From assembly GCA_028696715.1 (NCBI GenBank), contig JAQVGO010000003.1, positions 10,785-74,784 on the forward strand: a stretch of DNA of 64,000 nucleotides, in the 5' to 3' direction. Shown piece after piece: positions 41,609 through 51,658 of this stretch (positions are counted from its first letter, which is position 1; the number at the start of each line of letters is the position of its first letter). The stretch is from Bacteroidales bacterium (GTDB taxonomy: Bacteria > Bacteroidota > Bacteroidia > Bacteroidales > F082). The translations under genes and the position numbers were made by a program. The notes beneath the pieces were generated by a model. The model saw nothing but the letters and a program-made list of their open reading frames with translations, did no database searches and was not told where the DNA came from.

Positions 41609-42154
41609 ATGAAATACTCAAGTAAATTAAACGAATTCGACATTCTGGATCTATTGAATGAATACCATTCAGAGCTTCGCAAACTGAAGCATAAAATGGA
41701 TTTTGTAAAAAGCAAAATTGCTGACCTTGAAGCACAATACAGCACGATAAAAAAAATCAAGGCAAGCCATAAAGCTCAGGAAGAATCTGAAACAGTACAA
41801 GTTGACAATACTACATCAGAAGCCGAAGTTCAAAGTAAAAAAAGAGAGCGGAAGCCCTATCCACTTTCTGACTGGGATAAATTCATCCTCCAGACCATTC
41901 AGGAAAATGGGCATGCAACGCTAAGTCGCGAAATCTATGCTTCGGTTAAAGAAAAAGCTGTAAACGCCGGAGTTTTTACAACCGACGACAAATCGAAAGC
42001 CAAGATAAATCAATGTCTGGTTAAACTTACCAATCGCCGCAACGACCTGCGTAAAGTAAAATACAAAGGAAGAGGCTTCGCTTATGCCCTGCCCGAATGG
42101 TACGACGATCGTAATCGTCTGAAAAAAGAACACAAAATTCTGAAAGAAGATTAA
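41609..42154 (+). CDS. Hypothetical protein (N-terminal coiled coil, basic/acidic linker, C-terminal domain of about 90 aa)
   Basis: 181 aa from MKYSSKL. The ORF track begins at a TTG at 41579. Has its own -7 box and a strong terminator. No recognisable family. Confidence 0.55.
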   Translation: MKYSSKLNEFDILDLLNEYHSELRKLKHKMDFVKSKIADLEAQYSTIKKIKASHKAQEESETVQVDNTTSEAEVQSKKRERKPYPLSDWDKFILQTIQENGHATLSREIYASVKEKAVNAGVFTTDDKSKAKINQCLVKLTNRRNDLRKVKYKGRGFAYALPEWYDDRNRLKKEHKILKED

Positions 42155-42162
42155 GCTAATTG

Positions 42163-42191
42163 AGCCGCATTACTATTTGCGGCTTTTTTTT
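42163..42191. terminator. Intrinsic terminator (usable in both directions) between the 41609 ORF and the DUF1289 gene
   Basis: Stem agccgca(42163-42169)/tgcggct(42178-42184), T8 run to 42191. Confidence 0.75.
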
Positions 42192-42207
42192 GTCGGTTTT
42201 TCAGGCT

Positions 42208-42408
42208 TCAGCCGCCAAATCCATAATATCCCCCACCTTTTTCCTGTCTTCGTTTCATGGTATTATCCAGCACTTCGCGTTTTTGATCCTCTGTATAACT
42301 GTCCCAATTCGCTACTTCCTCGGCCGAACGATAACAGCCAATACAAACATGATCCTCGTCATAAGTGCATATCAACTGGCAGGGCGACTTAATTTTCTTT
42401 TTAAACAT
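42208..42408 (-). CDS. DUF1289-family cysteine-rich small protein
   Basis: 66 aa. SPCQLICTYDEDHVCIGCYRSAEEVANW matches the DUF1289 pattern (C-x3-C ... C-x-G-C-x-R ... W). Confidence 0.75.
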   Translation of the reverse strand: MFKKKIKSPCQLICTYDEDHVCIGCYRSAEEVANWDSYTEDQKREVLDNTMKRRQEKGGGYYGFGG

Positions 42409-42469
42409 ACTACTAAATCAAAAGTTTAGGCATAGAACAGCCTGAAACAAGGTTTTGTTCATCAATAAA

Positions 42470-43426
42470 TCAAGGTCGTTTTAAAATTGCCAGGCCCTTT
42501 GTTTTTGTTCCAAACCAAATATTTCCGTCCTGATCCACTTCTATTGAAGTGATCCAATCTTCGGGCAGACCATTAGCTGTATTATAGGTTTTCCAGGCAG
42601 TTCCATCGTATCGTGAAGCACCATATTGCGTAGCAAACCACATATTTCCATCCAAATCCTCTGTTATGGCATCCACCCGATTATAAACCAGACCATCCGA
42701 TGTGTTATAATCTGTAAATGCACCATTTACTATCATGCTCACCCCAGCCAGTGAACCCACCCAAATACGCTGTTTGCTATCCACATACAAATCCAAAACA
42801 AAATCTGCCAAAGGCAAGTCAGCTAAATAGGTATGCCAATTGTTGCCATCAAAACGAGAAATCCCATACTCTGTTCCAAACCATTTATTTCCTTGCCGGT
42901 CAATTTCAACATCCCGTACGATATTATAAACCAAACTATTACCCTGGTCTTTCTGATAAATTTGCCAGGTTGAGCCGTCAAAATAACTCACTCCTTTTCC
43001 TGTGGCTATCCAGGGATTTTGATTTTCGTCCAGTGCTATACTGTACAAATAATCATAGCTTAAACCGCTCTGGGCATCATAATTCACAAACTGATTTCCG
43101 GAAAAAACTGACAATCCATAGGGAGTAGCCAGCCAAACAATTCCATCCTCCGAAACTGTCAGGCCATTTATCTGGTGATGGATAAGCCCTTGTGGTGTGT
43201 TATAATTTTTGAATGTGCTACCATTGTAGGAAGAAAAACCAAATTCGGTGCCAATCCAGGTATGTGAACCGCTGTGCCGTATGCAGCGAATATTGTTATT
43301 CACCAAACCATCTTTTGAGGCAAGATAGCTCCAGCTATCAGATACGGGTTTTGTTCCTGAATCCTTTTCACAGCCAGCAAATGTCCCCAGCACAAAAACC
43401 AGACAAAACTTAAGAAATGTTTTCAT
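42470..43426 (-). CDS. Lipoprotein made only of two-component-regulator propeller (Reg_prop) repeats
   Basis: Lipoprotein signal (VLGTFAGC), then about seven repeats of 45 aa of the type D..GN.WFGT..G.S.YDG..W..Y....GL. The ATG overlaps the udk stop (ATGA). Confidence 0.8.
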   Translation of the reverse strand: MKTFLKFCLVFVLGTFAGCEKDSGTKPVSDSWSYLASKDGLVNNNIRCIRHSGSHTWIGTEFGFSSYNGSTFKNYNTPQGLIHHQINGLTVSEDGIVWLATPYGLSVFSGNQFVNYDAQSGLSYDYLYSIALDENQNPWIATGKGVSYFDGSTWQIYQKDQGNSLVYNIVRDVEIDRQGNKWFGTEYGISRFDGNNWHTYLADLPLADFVLDLYVDSKQRIWVGSLAGVSMIVNGAFTDYNTSDGLVYNRVDAITEDLDGNMWFATQYGASRYDGTAWKTYNTANGLPEDWITSIEVDQDGNIWFGTKTKGLAILKRP

Positions 43427-44049
43427 ACAATTGGCTTTTCCTCGTTCAAATTCATCCTGATACGTGAGGCAACAATATCGATAGCTACCTGATTGGCACC
43501 CCCCTGGGGAATGATAATATCAGCAAAGCGTTTGGTCGGATCAATAAACTGCAGGTGCATGGGTTTTACAAAATGTTCGTAATGTTTAAGCACATCCAGA
43601 AACGATCTGCCACGTTCTTCAATATCACGCTGTATAATCCGCATCAGCCGGTCGTCGCCATCTGTATCCACATAAATTTTTATATCCATCCTGCGGCGTA
43701 GTTCGGCATTGGTGAGCACCAAAATTCCTTCAACAATCACCACTTTGGTTGGCTTCACAGGAATGGTTTCATTTGATCTGGCACAGCTTACATATGAGTA
43801 GATTGGCATAGGAATTGTTTCGCCCCGGCGCAAACGATCGATATGATCTATCAAAAGGTCAAATTCGATGGAAGAGGGATGATCAAAATTGATTTTTTTT
43901 CTTTCGTCAGGAGACAAATGGCCGTTGTCGCGATAATAGGCATCCTGCGAAATAACTGAAACAGAACTATTAGGGAGTGCCCGAATGATCTTTTTTACAA
44001 CCGTAGTTTTTCCTGAGCCGGAACCTCCGGCAATCCCAAGTATTAACAT
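43423..44049 (-). CDS. udk: Uridine kinase
   Basis: 208 aa with the P-loop GIAGGSGSGKTT and typical Udk core (QDAYY, NFDHPSS, VIVEGIL). Confidence 0.95.
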   Translation of the reverse strand: MLILGIAGGSGSGKTTVVKKIIRALPNSSVSVISQDAYYRDNGHLSPDERKKINFDHPSSIEFDLLIDHIDRLRRGETIPMPIYSYVSCARSNETIPVKPTKVVIVEGILVLTNAELRRRMDIKIYVDTDGDDRLMRIIQRDIEERGRSFLDVLKHYEHFVKPMHLQFIDPTKRFADIIIPQGGANQVAIDIVASRIRMNLNEEKPIV

Positions 44050-44078
44050 TTGCGGCTTTTTTCCGTGGTTTGAACTGC

Positions 44079-44086
44079 CAAATTTA
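44079..44086 (-). promoter_or_regulatory. Bacteroidota-type -7 box for udk
   Basis: caaattta is the reverse complement of TAAATTTG, 30 nt upstream of the udk ATG at 44049. Confidence 0.45.
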
Positions 44087-44145
44087 AAGGTTTTTTAATA
44101 CATTATGTGGATTTTTATCAGGAATAAAGCTATTCAAGGGTTCCT

Positions 44146-44183
44146 ATAAAAATCAGCCAGCATATTATTGACTGGCTGATTTT
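44146..44183 (-). terminator. Intrinsic terminator after the decarboxylase operon
   Basis: Stem aaaatcagccag(44149-44160)/ctggctgatttt(44172-44183). On the minus strand the hairpin is followed by a U-run. Confidence 0.7.
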
Positions 44184-44249
44184 ATAAATCCCAAAATATC
44201 CCAATAAATATTTTCATTGAATAAGACAAACCGCCTTATATTCAATCTA

Positions 44250-45605
44250 TTATAATAGAAAGCTCATCATAATCCCGGCTGCTACTGCAGAACCTATTAC
44301 CCCAGAAACATTGGGTGCCATGGCATGCATCAGCAGGTGATTCGATGGGTCATACTTCAATCCCTCATGTTGTACAACACGTGCGCTATCTGGCACGGCC
44401 GAAACACCGGCAGCACCAACCAGCGGGTTAATCCTGTTATTTCCTTTCAGGAAGATATTCATCACCTTGGCAAACAAAACACCTCCTGCCGTAGCCACCA
44501 TAAAGGAGATGGCTCCCAAAATAAAAATCATCATGGATTCGCCGGTAAGAAAAACATCTGCCTGTGTGGAAGCACCAACTGTGAGCCCTAACAAAATCGT
44601 TACTATATCAATCAAACTATTGCGTGCTGTATCAGCCAGGCGCTTGGTAACTCCACTTTCCTTTAAGATATTACCAAAGAACAACATACCCAGCAAAGGC
44701 AGTGCTCCGGGCGAAATAAAAGTCGTCAGGATCAAGCCCACAATCGGAAACATGATTTTCTCGAGCTTACTCACCGAGCGTGGGGGTTTCATGCGGATTA
44801 GCCTTTCCTTTTTGGTAGTAAGTAAGCGCATAATAGGAGGCTGAATTACCGGAACAAGTGCCATATAGGAATAAGCTGCAATAGCAATAGGACCGATCAG
44901 GTTTTTAGTTTCATAACCATGAACCATAGAACCATTCGCCAGTTTCGAAGACAAAAAGATTGCCGTTGGGCCGTCGGCTCCTCCAATAATGCCTATTGAA
45001 CCGGCTTCGGGCATGTTAAACCCTAGATAAAGAGCACCCAAGAATGTGAGAAAGATACCTAATTGTGCTGCTGCTCCAAGCAACATCAGCCGGGGATTCG
45101 AAATCAATGAAGAAAAATCTGTCATGGCGCCGATGCCAAGGAAAATCAGCGGAGGATAGATGCCTTTTAAAACACCGTAATACAAATAGTTAAGCACACT
45201 ACCTTCCTGATAGATACCAAGTTGTAAGTTGATTCCTCCATCCTGAAAGAATGGAATATTACCGATGATAATCCCCGAACCAATTGGAACCAAAAGCAAG
45301 GGTTCGTAGTTGTATCGAATGGCGAGATAGATAAAAAACAACCCAACCAAAATCATGATAAGGTTTCCACGCGTTGCGTTTCTAAAACCCGTGAAACTGA
45401 TAAACTTACTGATTCCTTCGAGCGTTTTGTCAAGAGCATACCTTGCCAAAGGCACTTCTTCATCAACAGCATCAACATTTACAGCTGATGTTTCTGTTTG
45501 GGGCAATACACGATTTGCCATTCCGGGATTAGTGACCACGAGCATATTAAGCAGCAGCAACAATCCTAAAATCGCAAAAACAGTTAAGGCTTTCTTTAGC
45601 TCCAT
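44250..45605 (-). CDS. mmdB: Sodium-translocating decarboxylase beta subunit (OadB/MmdB family)
   Basis: Polytopic membrane protein with OadB-family similarity along its length. ATG at 45605 (MELKKAL) is preferred to the ORF-track start at 45647, which would overlap the upstream gene. Confidence 0.88.
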   Translation of the reverse strand: MELKKALTVFAILGLLLLLNMLVVTNPGMANRVLPQTETSAVNVDAVDEEVPLARYALDKTLEGISKFISFTGFRNATRGNLIMILVGLFFIYLAIRYNYEPLLLVPIGSGIIIGNIPFFQDGGINLQLGIYQEGSVLNYLYYGVLKGIYPPLIFLGIGAMTDFSSLISNPRLMLLGAAAQLGIFLTFLGALYLGFNMPEAGSIGIIGGADGPTAIFLSSKLANGSMVHGYETKNLIGPIAIAAYSYMALVPVIQPPIMRLLTTKKERLIRMKPPRSVSKLEKIMFPIVGLILTTFISPGALPLLGMLFFGNILKESGVTKRLADTARNSLIDIVTILLGLTVGASTQADVFLTGESMMIFILGAISFMVATAGGVLFAKVMNIFLKGNNRINPLVGAAGVSAVPDSARVVQHEGLKYDPSNHLLMHAMAPNVSGVIGSAVAAGIMMSFLL

Positions 45606-45609
45606 ATCA

Positions 45610-46044
45610 CTATTCCATTTCGAGTAAAACATCACCCTGCAACACACTGTCGCCCGGATGTACTTTCAGGTTCTTGATGATACCGTCTTTTTCGGCCAGC
45701 AGGTTGTTCTCCATCTTCATGGCTTCATAAATCAGGATTTTATCACCTCTCTTAACATGATCTCCCTGTTTTACAAAAACTTGCATAATATTTCCGGGCA
45801 GCGGAGCCAACACTTTAGAAAGCACAGTTTTTGTGTCTTTCTCTTCGCGTTTTATTTCATGCGATCCGGAAGGATTCGGACGTGAAGGCCTGACGAGAAT
45901 CGGAGTTTTCGATTCCGCTTTCTGCCTTTGTATTTCAATCTGATAAGGTGTACCATTCACTTCCACTTCGGCAAATGAACCTTCAAGTTTCAGCACGTCC
46001 ACCTCATAATTATTTCCACTTATTGTAAATTTAAAACTTCTCAT
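45610..46044 (-). CDS. mmdC: Biotin carboxyl carrier subunit of the decarboxylase
   Basis: 144 aa with a C-terminal biotinyl domain carrying the EAMKMEN biotinylation motif. Confidence 0.9.
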   Translation of the reverse strand: MRSFKFTISGNNYEVDVLKLEGSFAEVEVNGTPYQIEIQRQKAESKTPILVRPSRPNPSGSHEIKREEKDTKTVLSKVLAPLPGNIMQVFVKQGDHVKRGDKILIYEAMKMENNLLAEKDGIIKNLKVHPGDSVLQGDVLLEME

Positions 46045-46054
46045 GATTAAGCTT

Positions 46055-46423
46055 TTAGCGATTCAGGTTTCTCAATCCGTAAATTTTCGAGCTCCAGGGC
46101 GAATAGGTTCTGGAGACTTTCTTGATCGTTAACACATTACTTTCATCATCATGCAACTGACATGAAAAATACAAGGCCATACTGATTGCTGCTGCCACTT
46201 CGCCCGGAATGTTCAAATCTTTCTCATCCGCTGCTTCGTCAAGCTTTCCCTGGCGACGCAATTTCGATTTAAGCTGCATATTCAGCACTTTACTTATCTG
46301 AAAAAAAACAAAATACAGAACTACCAGAGCTATAAAAACGATCAGATAACCAACAATAGAAATCACAATCCCTTCGATGAGCGTGGTTTCTGGTACATCA
46401 ACAATTTCTGCTAACAAAAACAT
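46055..46423 (-). CDS. OadG-family small membrane subunit of the decarboxylase
   Basis: Single N-terminal TM helix (IVISIVGYLIVFIALVVLYFVFF) and a conserved VAAAISMAL segment. ATG at 46423 is preferred to the TTG at 46432. Confidence 0.75.
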   Translation of the reverse strand: MFLLAEIVDVPETTLIEGIVISIVGYLIVFIALVVLYFVFFQISKVLNMQLKSKLRRQGKLDEAADEKDLNIPGEVAAAISMALYFSCQLHDDESNVLTIKKVSRTYSPWSSKIYGLRNLNR

Positions 46424-46432
46424 AGGTCGCAA

Positions 46433-47992
46433 TTATAAAGGTATATTGGAATGTTTTTTGGGTGGATTTACATCCTTTTTAGTAGCCAATGCCTGCAAAG
46501 CCCTGATCACCCTGAAACGTGTATTGCGCGGCTCAATCACATCATCAATATAACCAAAGCGTGCTGCCTCGTAAGGATTTGCAAACATATCGCGATACTC
46601 GGCTTCTTTTTCTGCAATGAATTTTTGGCGTTCTTCCGGATCCTTGATCTCAAGAATCTTCCTGCCTTCGAGCACTTCAATGGCTCCGGCAGGTCCCATC
46701 ACAGCAATTTCGGCTGATGGCCAGGCATAATTGATATCGCCACGCAATTGCTTTGAACCCATCACATCATGTGCTCCGCCATAGGATTTACGTAAGGTGA
46801 TGGTAACTTTCGGTACAGTTGCCTCGCCATAGGCAAATAACAATTTTGCGCCATGAATAATGATACCACCATACTCTTGTCCGCTGCCCGGCAAAAATCC
46901 GGGAACATCTACAAGGGTTACAATAGGAATATTGAAAGCATCGCAAAAACGCACAAAACGAGCCGCTTTGCGACTGGCATCAATATCCAACACACCGGCC
47001 AGGAAGTTCGGCTGATTGGCAACGATACCAACCGGCATACCATTAAACTTGGCAAATCCGATAACGATATTCTTAGCGTAGTTTCGATGAATCTCCAAAA
47101 ATTCTCCATCATCTACAATGGCATGGATAATATCCGTAACATCATAAGGTTTGTTAGGGTTATCCGGAATAATCTGATTTAAACCATCTTCGAGCCGGTT
47201 GATTGGGTCGTTACATTCAGCCAATGGCGGCTCTTCCAGATTATTTTGTGGCAGATAGCTTAAAAGTTTCCTGATCAGCAAGATTCCTTCTTCTTCATTG
47301 GTTACCACAAAATGACTCACGCCAGACTTAGTCCCATGCACCCAGGCACCACCAAGATCTTCGGTTGTGATGTCTTCACCAGTAACAGTTTTGGTAACTT
47401 TTGGGCCTGTTACAAACATATAACTGGATTGCTCGCTCATGAGCACAAAATCAGTAAGTGCCGGTGAATAAACTGCTCCGCCTGCGCAGGGTCCGAAAAT
47501 AGCTGAAATCTGCGGTATCACACCTGATGCCATGATGTTGCGTTGAAAAATTTCGGCATAACCTGCCAAACTTTTCACCCCTTCCTGAATACGGGCACCA
47601 CCGCTGTCGTTTATCCCAATTACGGGGGCACCAACTTTCATAGCCTGATCCATAACCTTGCATATTTTAGCTGCAAAGGTTTCGGAAAGCGAACCGCCAA
47701 AAACAGTAAAGTCCTGTGAAAATACATATACCACCCGACCATCAATAGTGCCATGCCCCGTTACAACACCATCACCCAGATATTGTTGCTTCTCGAGCCC
47801 AAAATCTGTTGACCGATGCTTCACGAACATATCAAATTCCTCGAAACTGCCTTCATCAAGCAATAGCTCGATGCGTTCGCGTGCAGTCAATTTTCCTTTG
47901 GCGTGTTGTGCTTCAATACGCTTTTCACCGCCGCCTTTCTTGGCCTCAATACGTTTGTCCAGTAATTCCTGAATCTTTTGTTCTATTGCCAT
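46433..47992 (-). CDS. mmdA: Methylmalonyl-CoA carboxyltransferase subunit (acyl-CoA carboxylase beta family)
   Basis: 519 aa, collinear with PccB/MmdA-type carboxyltransferases ([31 protein letters not shown]-like [11 protein letters not shown]). Confidence 0.92.
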   Translation of the reverse strand: MAIEQKIQELLDKRIEAKKGGGEKRIEAQHAKGKLTARERIELLLDEGSFEEFDMFVKHRSTDFGLEKQQYLGDGVVTGHGTIDGRVVYVFSQDFTVFGGSLSETFAAKICKVMDQAMKVGAPVIGINDSGGARIQEGVKSLAGYAEIFQRNIMASGVIPQISAIFGPCAGGAVYSPALTDFVLMSEQSSYMFVTGPKVTKTVTGEDITTEDLGGAWVHGTKSGVSHFVVTNEEEGILLIRKLLSYLPQNNLEEPPLAECNDPINRLEDGLNQIIPDNPNKPYDVTDIIHAIVDDGEFLEIHRNYAKNIVIGFAKFNGMPVGIVANQPNFLAGVLDIDASRKAARFVRFCDAFNIPIVTLVDVPGFLPGSGQEYGGIIIHGAKLLFAYGEATVPKVTITLRKSYGGAHDVMGSKQLRGDINYAWPSAEIAVMGPAGAIEVLEGRKILEIKDPEERQKFIAEKEAEYRDMFANPYEAARFGYIDDVIEPRNTRFRVIRALQALATKKDVNPPKKHSNIPL

Positions 47993-48003
47993 ACTAACTT
48001 CTG

Positions 48004-48414
48004 CTATTTATTTTTGTCTTCACATAATTCTGTCAATACCCCAAAAGTAGATTTTGGATGTAAAAAGGCTATATGCAAACCCTCAGCTCCCTTACGGGGT
48101 TTTTCATCAATCAGCCTGATGCCATTATCTTTGGCTTCTTCGAGTGCATTTTCCAAACCATCAACCGCAAACGCGATGTGATGGATGCCTTCTCCTTTCT
48201 TTTCGATAAACTTTCCGACAGGGCCTTCCGCATCTGTACTTTCCAACAATTCGATCTTGGTTTGTCCAACTTTAAAAAAAGCCGTTCGCACCTTTTGATC
48301 CTTCACATCTTCAATAGCATAGCAAGAGGTCCCTAATAATTTTTCGTAGTAGGGAATTGCTTCGTTAAGGGTTTTAACGGCTATTCCAATATGCTCTATA
48401 TGAGATGGTTTCAT
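48004..48414 (-). CDS. mce: Methylmalonyl-CoA epimerase (VOC/glyoxalase fold)
   Basis: 136 aa: IEHIGIAV.. ..GIHHIAF.. ..[14 protein letters not shown], typical of methylmalonyl-CoA epimerases. First gene of the decarboxylase operon. Confidence 0.88.
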   Translation of the reverse strand: MKPSHIEHIGIAVKTLNEAIPYYEKLLGTSCYAIEDVKDQKVRTAFFKVGQTKIELLESTDAEGPVGKFIEKKGEGIHHIAFAVDGLENALEEAKDNGIRLIDEKPRKGAEGLHIAFLHPKSTFGVLTELCEDKNK

Positions 48415-48442
48415 TTGTTTTGATATTTTGTTAAATAATTCA

Positions 48443-48450
48443 CAAAAGTA
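48443..48450 (-). promoter_or_regulatory. Bacteroidota-type -7 box for the mce-mmd operon
   Basis: caaaagta is the reverse complement of TACTTTTG, 29 nt upstream of the mce ATG at 48414. Confidence 0.5.
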
Positions 48451-48562
48451 TAAATTATTTCAGTGCCGGAACGAACGAACCTTATACTTTTTTCGGTTTT
48501 CATCCTCTAAAACATCAATTTAGAAAGCTTCTAAGCAGGAAACATCCTGAACGGAAACGAAC

Positions 48563-48585
48563 AAAAAAACCCGCCGAAGCGGGTT
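48563..48585 (-). terminator. Intrinsic terminator after fabH
   Basis: On the minus strand: acccgc-UUCG-gcgggt hairpin (48569-48584) followed by U7 (A-run 48563-48569 on the + strand). Confidence 0.85.
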
Positions 48586-48611
48586 CTTAATATCTTTTGT
48601 GAACAGATTTA

Positions 48612-49616
48612 CTATTTCGGATCATAAGCCCATTTCAGCCAAATCGAACCCCAGGTGAAACCACCACCAAATGCAGCCAAAATAATATTATCACCTTTCT
48701 TCAATTGGTTCTCCCATTCCCAGAGGCAAAGAGGCAGGGTTCCGCTTGTTGTATTGCCATATCGCTCGATATTTATCATCACCTGCTCTTTCCTGATACC
48801 CATCCGTCTGGCAGTAGCCTCAATAATGCGCATATTGGCCTGATGCGGCACAAGCCAGGCAACATCATCCGATTTTAAACCATTTTTATCCATAATAGCC
48901 ACAGCAACATCTGCCATATTGGTTACGGCGAATTTAAAAACTGCCTGACCTTCCTGATAGATAAAGTGCTCTTTTGCATCAACAGTTTGGTGAGAAGCCG
49001 GTTTAACGGAGCCACCCGCTTTTTGGTGCAGGTGAATCATTCCGGATCCATCGGTATGCATCAGGGCATCCATTACGCCAACATCCTCAGTAGTTGGCTC
49101 AAGCAACAAAGCACCACCACCATCACCAAAAATAACACAAGTGGCACGGTCAGTATAATCAACAATTGATGACATTTTATCAGCACCAACCACAATTACT
49201 TTTTTGTGTGTACCACTTTCAACAAATTTTGAAGCGGTAACAATTGCATATAAAAGCCCGGAGCAGGCTGCATTCATATCGAAACTGAAGGCATTCTTTA
49301 TTCCGCAGTTGTGACTGATGATATTAGCCGTGGCCGGAAACTGCATATCAGGCGTTACCGTAGCACAAATCAGCATATCAACCTCTTCTGGTTTGGTTCC
49401 GGTTTTTTCGAGTAATCCTTTTACTGCTTCAGTGCCAATAACTGAAGTGCCCTGTCCCTCACCTTTAAGAATATGACGTTCTTTAATCCCAGTGCGGGTA
49501 ATAATCCAGTCATCAGTAGTATCAACCATTTTCTCCAATTCCTGATTAGTCAGGATATACTCCGGAACCCATGCGTGAATCCCGGTAATTGCAGCATGTA
49601 TTTTGGTCATTTTCAT
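48612..49616 (-). CDS. fabH: Beta-ketoacyl-ACP synthase III
   Basis: 334 aa with the active-site Cys context [10 protein letters not shown], the His region VPHQAN, and the Asn context [10 protein letters not shown]. Confidence 0.96.
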   Translation of the reverse strand: MKMTKIHAAITGIHAWVPEYILTNQELEKMVDTTDDWIITRTGIKERHILKGEGQGTSVIGTEAVKGLLEKTGTKPEEVDMLICATVTPDMQFPATANIISHNCGIKNAFSFDMNAACSGLLYAIVTASKFVESGTHKKVIVVGADKMSSIVDYTDRATCVIFGDGGGALLLEPTTEDVGVMDALMHTDGSGMIHLHQKAGGSVKPASHQTVDAKEHFIYQEGQAVFKFAVTNMADVAVAIMDKNGLKSDDVAWLVPHQANMRIIEATARRMGIRKEQVMINIERYGNTTSGTLPLCLWEWENQLKKGDNIILAAFGGGFTWGSIWLKWAYDPK

Positions 49617-49643
49617 TTTATTACAGCAAAACTGTCAATTAAA

Positions 49644-50594
49644 TTATTGTCCGTAATTCGCCATTGCATTTTTAATTTGTTGGTGCAGCCCCGATTGAGC
49701 CACATCACGCAGCAACATCATCATATTTTTGATAGCGAGCGGGCTGCTGATACCATGTCCGATTACTACAGCACCATTCACTCCAATAATCGGACTCCCA
49801 CCATGAATTTCGTAATTAAACCTGCTGAAATAATCATCAAGTAGTCCGCGCTTTTCCATTAAGCGATACATTGCCTGAATTTGTTTGATTACAACATTTC
49901 CGGTAAAACCGTCCGTAATTACAACATCAGCACGATTGTTAAACAAATCGCGACTTTCAACATTGCCTATAAAATTATAATCAGAGGCTTCCTTCATCAA
50001 CACATAGGCTGATTGAACCAGCAGGTTGCCTTTTTTCTCTTCCGATCCAATATTCAGCAAGCCCACTTTTGGATCTTTGATACCCAGCACATACTGTGCG
50101 TATAAGGACCCCAGCAAGCCATATTGATACAGCACATCGGGCCGGGAGTCGGGATTAGTTCCGACGTCCATTATCACATTATTTCCACCATCGAGTTTTG
50201 GCACCATCACAGCACTCGAAGGCCTAATAACACCAGGAATTGTGTTAATTGTATAAACCGATCCCACCATCATGGCACCACTGTTGCCAGCACTTGCAAA
50301 ACCATCGATCTTTCCCTTACGCAGCCATTCAAATCCTATCACAATCGACGAATCTTTCTTCTGCTGGAACGCTTTGAGTGGAGAATCGCCCATTTCAATC
50401 ACAGCCGGCGCATGAACTGGTTGTATCCTGTGGTCCGAAATTTCAGCAGATTTAAGGTAGGCATCAATTTGTTGTCCTTCCCCAAACAAAAAAAGCATAT
50501 CCTCGGCTGCTAACTCGGTTAACAACAAAGGAATACTCTCAAGTGTAGATTGAGGTGCAAAATCGCCGCCGGAAACGTCGAGCCCAATTCGCAT
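49644..50594 (-). CDS. plsX: Phosphate acyltransferase PlsX
   Basis: 316 aa: MRIGLDVSGGDFAP, GNSGAMM, VITDGFTGNVV motifs. Classic rpmF-plsX-fabH linkage. Confidence 0.95.
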   Translation of the reverse strand: MRIGLDVSGGDFAPQSTLESIPLLLTELAAEDMLFLFGEGQQIDAYLKSAEISDHRIQPVHAPAVIEMGDSPLKAFQQKKDSSIVIGFEWLRKGKIDGFASAGNSGAMMVGSVYTINTIPGVIRPSSAVMVPKLDGGNNVIMDVGTNPDSRPDVLYQYGLLGSLYAQYVLGIKDPKVGLLNIGSEEKKGNLLVQSAYVLMKEASDYNFIGNVESRDLFNNRADVVITDGFTGNVVIKQIQAMYRLMEKRGLLDDYFSRFNYEIHGGSPIIGVNGAVVIGHGISSPLAIKNMMMLLRDVAQSGLHQQIKNAMANYGQ

Positions 50595-50624
50595 TTTGGT
50601 TCAGCTTCGGTCAAAAACCTTCGA

Positions 50625-50813
50625 TCAGGCTTTTGCTCCTTCCATCACCAACTGACCCTTGTAATACAAGTCGCCATCAACATAATAAGCCCGATGATAC
50701 ACATGAATTGTACCCGTTACAGGACATTTAGCCAAGTTTGGAAGTTCTGCCTTGTAGTGGGTTCTTCTTTTATCTCTTCTGGTTTTCGACGTTTTACGTT
50801 TTGGATGTGCCAT
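50625..50813 (-). CDS. rpmF: 50S ribosomal protein L32
   Basis: [21 protein letters not shown].. is the canonical L32 N-terminus. ATG at 50813 is preferred to the longer ORF-track start at 50882. Confidence 0.93.
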   Translation of the reverse strand: MAHPKRKTSKTRRDKRRTHYKAELPNLAKCPVTGTIHVYHRAYYVDGDLYYKGQLVMEGAKA

Positions 50814-50853
50814 TTTAAAAAAATTATTAAATATTAAACTTCTTACATCAATA

Positions 50854-51378
50854 CTAGTCCAATTTGTTTCTGAGTTTTTCAAGTGCTTCCCACCTGGGAT
50901 CGGTTTCTTCTGTTACTGTCAGTTGCTCAAGACGTGCCAATACTAAAGGATCACAGCCTGAAGTTCCATCCGCTTTTTCGGGATGTACCTTACGAAGCGG
51001 TAGCGAAAGCAGGATATATTCATATAAAAGATGATATAAATCGAGCTGATGCTGATCGGTGGGGATTACCATTACTTCATCATCCTCTTCGTGAAAGGTT
51101 TCACCGAACTTAACATAAAGACTGTAATGCGAATCAATTGGATACATAAATTCCTCATTACACCTATCGCAGGGAACCTCAACTTCACCTTTCAGTTCAA
51201 AATCAAGCGTAAGCATATTGTCCTGCTTATCAAGTATGAGCTTTACAGTAACCTTTGCTTTTCGAATTTCAGCATAATCAATTGCCGCAAAAAAGGCTTC
51301 GTCCACAACAAAATCGTAGTGGTGCAAACCGGCCGACAGCCCAGCAATTGGAACGATAAACTCCTGAAAAGGTTTCAC
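50854..51378 (-). CDS. yceD: YceD (DUF177) family protein
   Basis: 174 aa immediately upstream of rpmF, the conserved position. Has the CDRC...C motif region and an acidic C-terminus. GTG start. Confidence 0.8.
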   Translation of the reverse strand: MKPFQEFIVPIAGLSAGLHHYDFVVDEAFFAAIDYAEIRKAKVTVKLILDKQDNMLTLDFELKGEVEVPCDRCNEEFMYPIDSHYSLYVKFGETFHEEDDEVMVIPTDQHQLDLYHLLYEYILLSLPLRKVHPEKADGTSGCDPLVLARLEQLTVTEETDPRWEALEKLRNKLD

Positions 51379-51403
51379 TGTTAAGCACTTAAAAATCGGG
51401 CGG

Positions 51404-51411
51404 CAAAGATA
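51404..51411 (-). promoter_or_regulatory. Bacteroidota-type -7 box for the yceD-rpmF-plsX-fabH operon
   Basis: caaagata is the reverse complement of TATCTTTG, 26 nt upstream of the yceD start at 51378. Confidence 0.5.
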
Positions 51412-51658
51412 TACATTAATCTTTTGTTGTACAAATAATTATTGAAGGCACTTCACAATCCAACACCTCAAAAATCATCCTGCTGATTAATGCGAATTCA
51501 AAAAAAAACGACCTGGGCTAAAAAAATATGTGTTATTTTATTAACAAATAAAAGGATTTTATAAATTCGCAGGCTAAAACCTAATTAAAACCGGACAGTT
51601 CTAATTGATCAGAAGTGCTGCACGGAGACAGGATTAATAACTTAACACCTTTAAACCC

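Noticed and set aside
42160-42429. Two + strand ORFs (89 aa and 71 aa) overlapping the DUF1289 gene.
   Set aside because: They are antisense to an ORF with a clear family signature (the DUF1289 Cys pattern). They start inside or just after a terminator hairpin and have low-complexity hydrophobic sequences.
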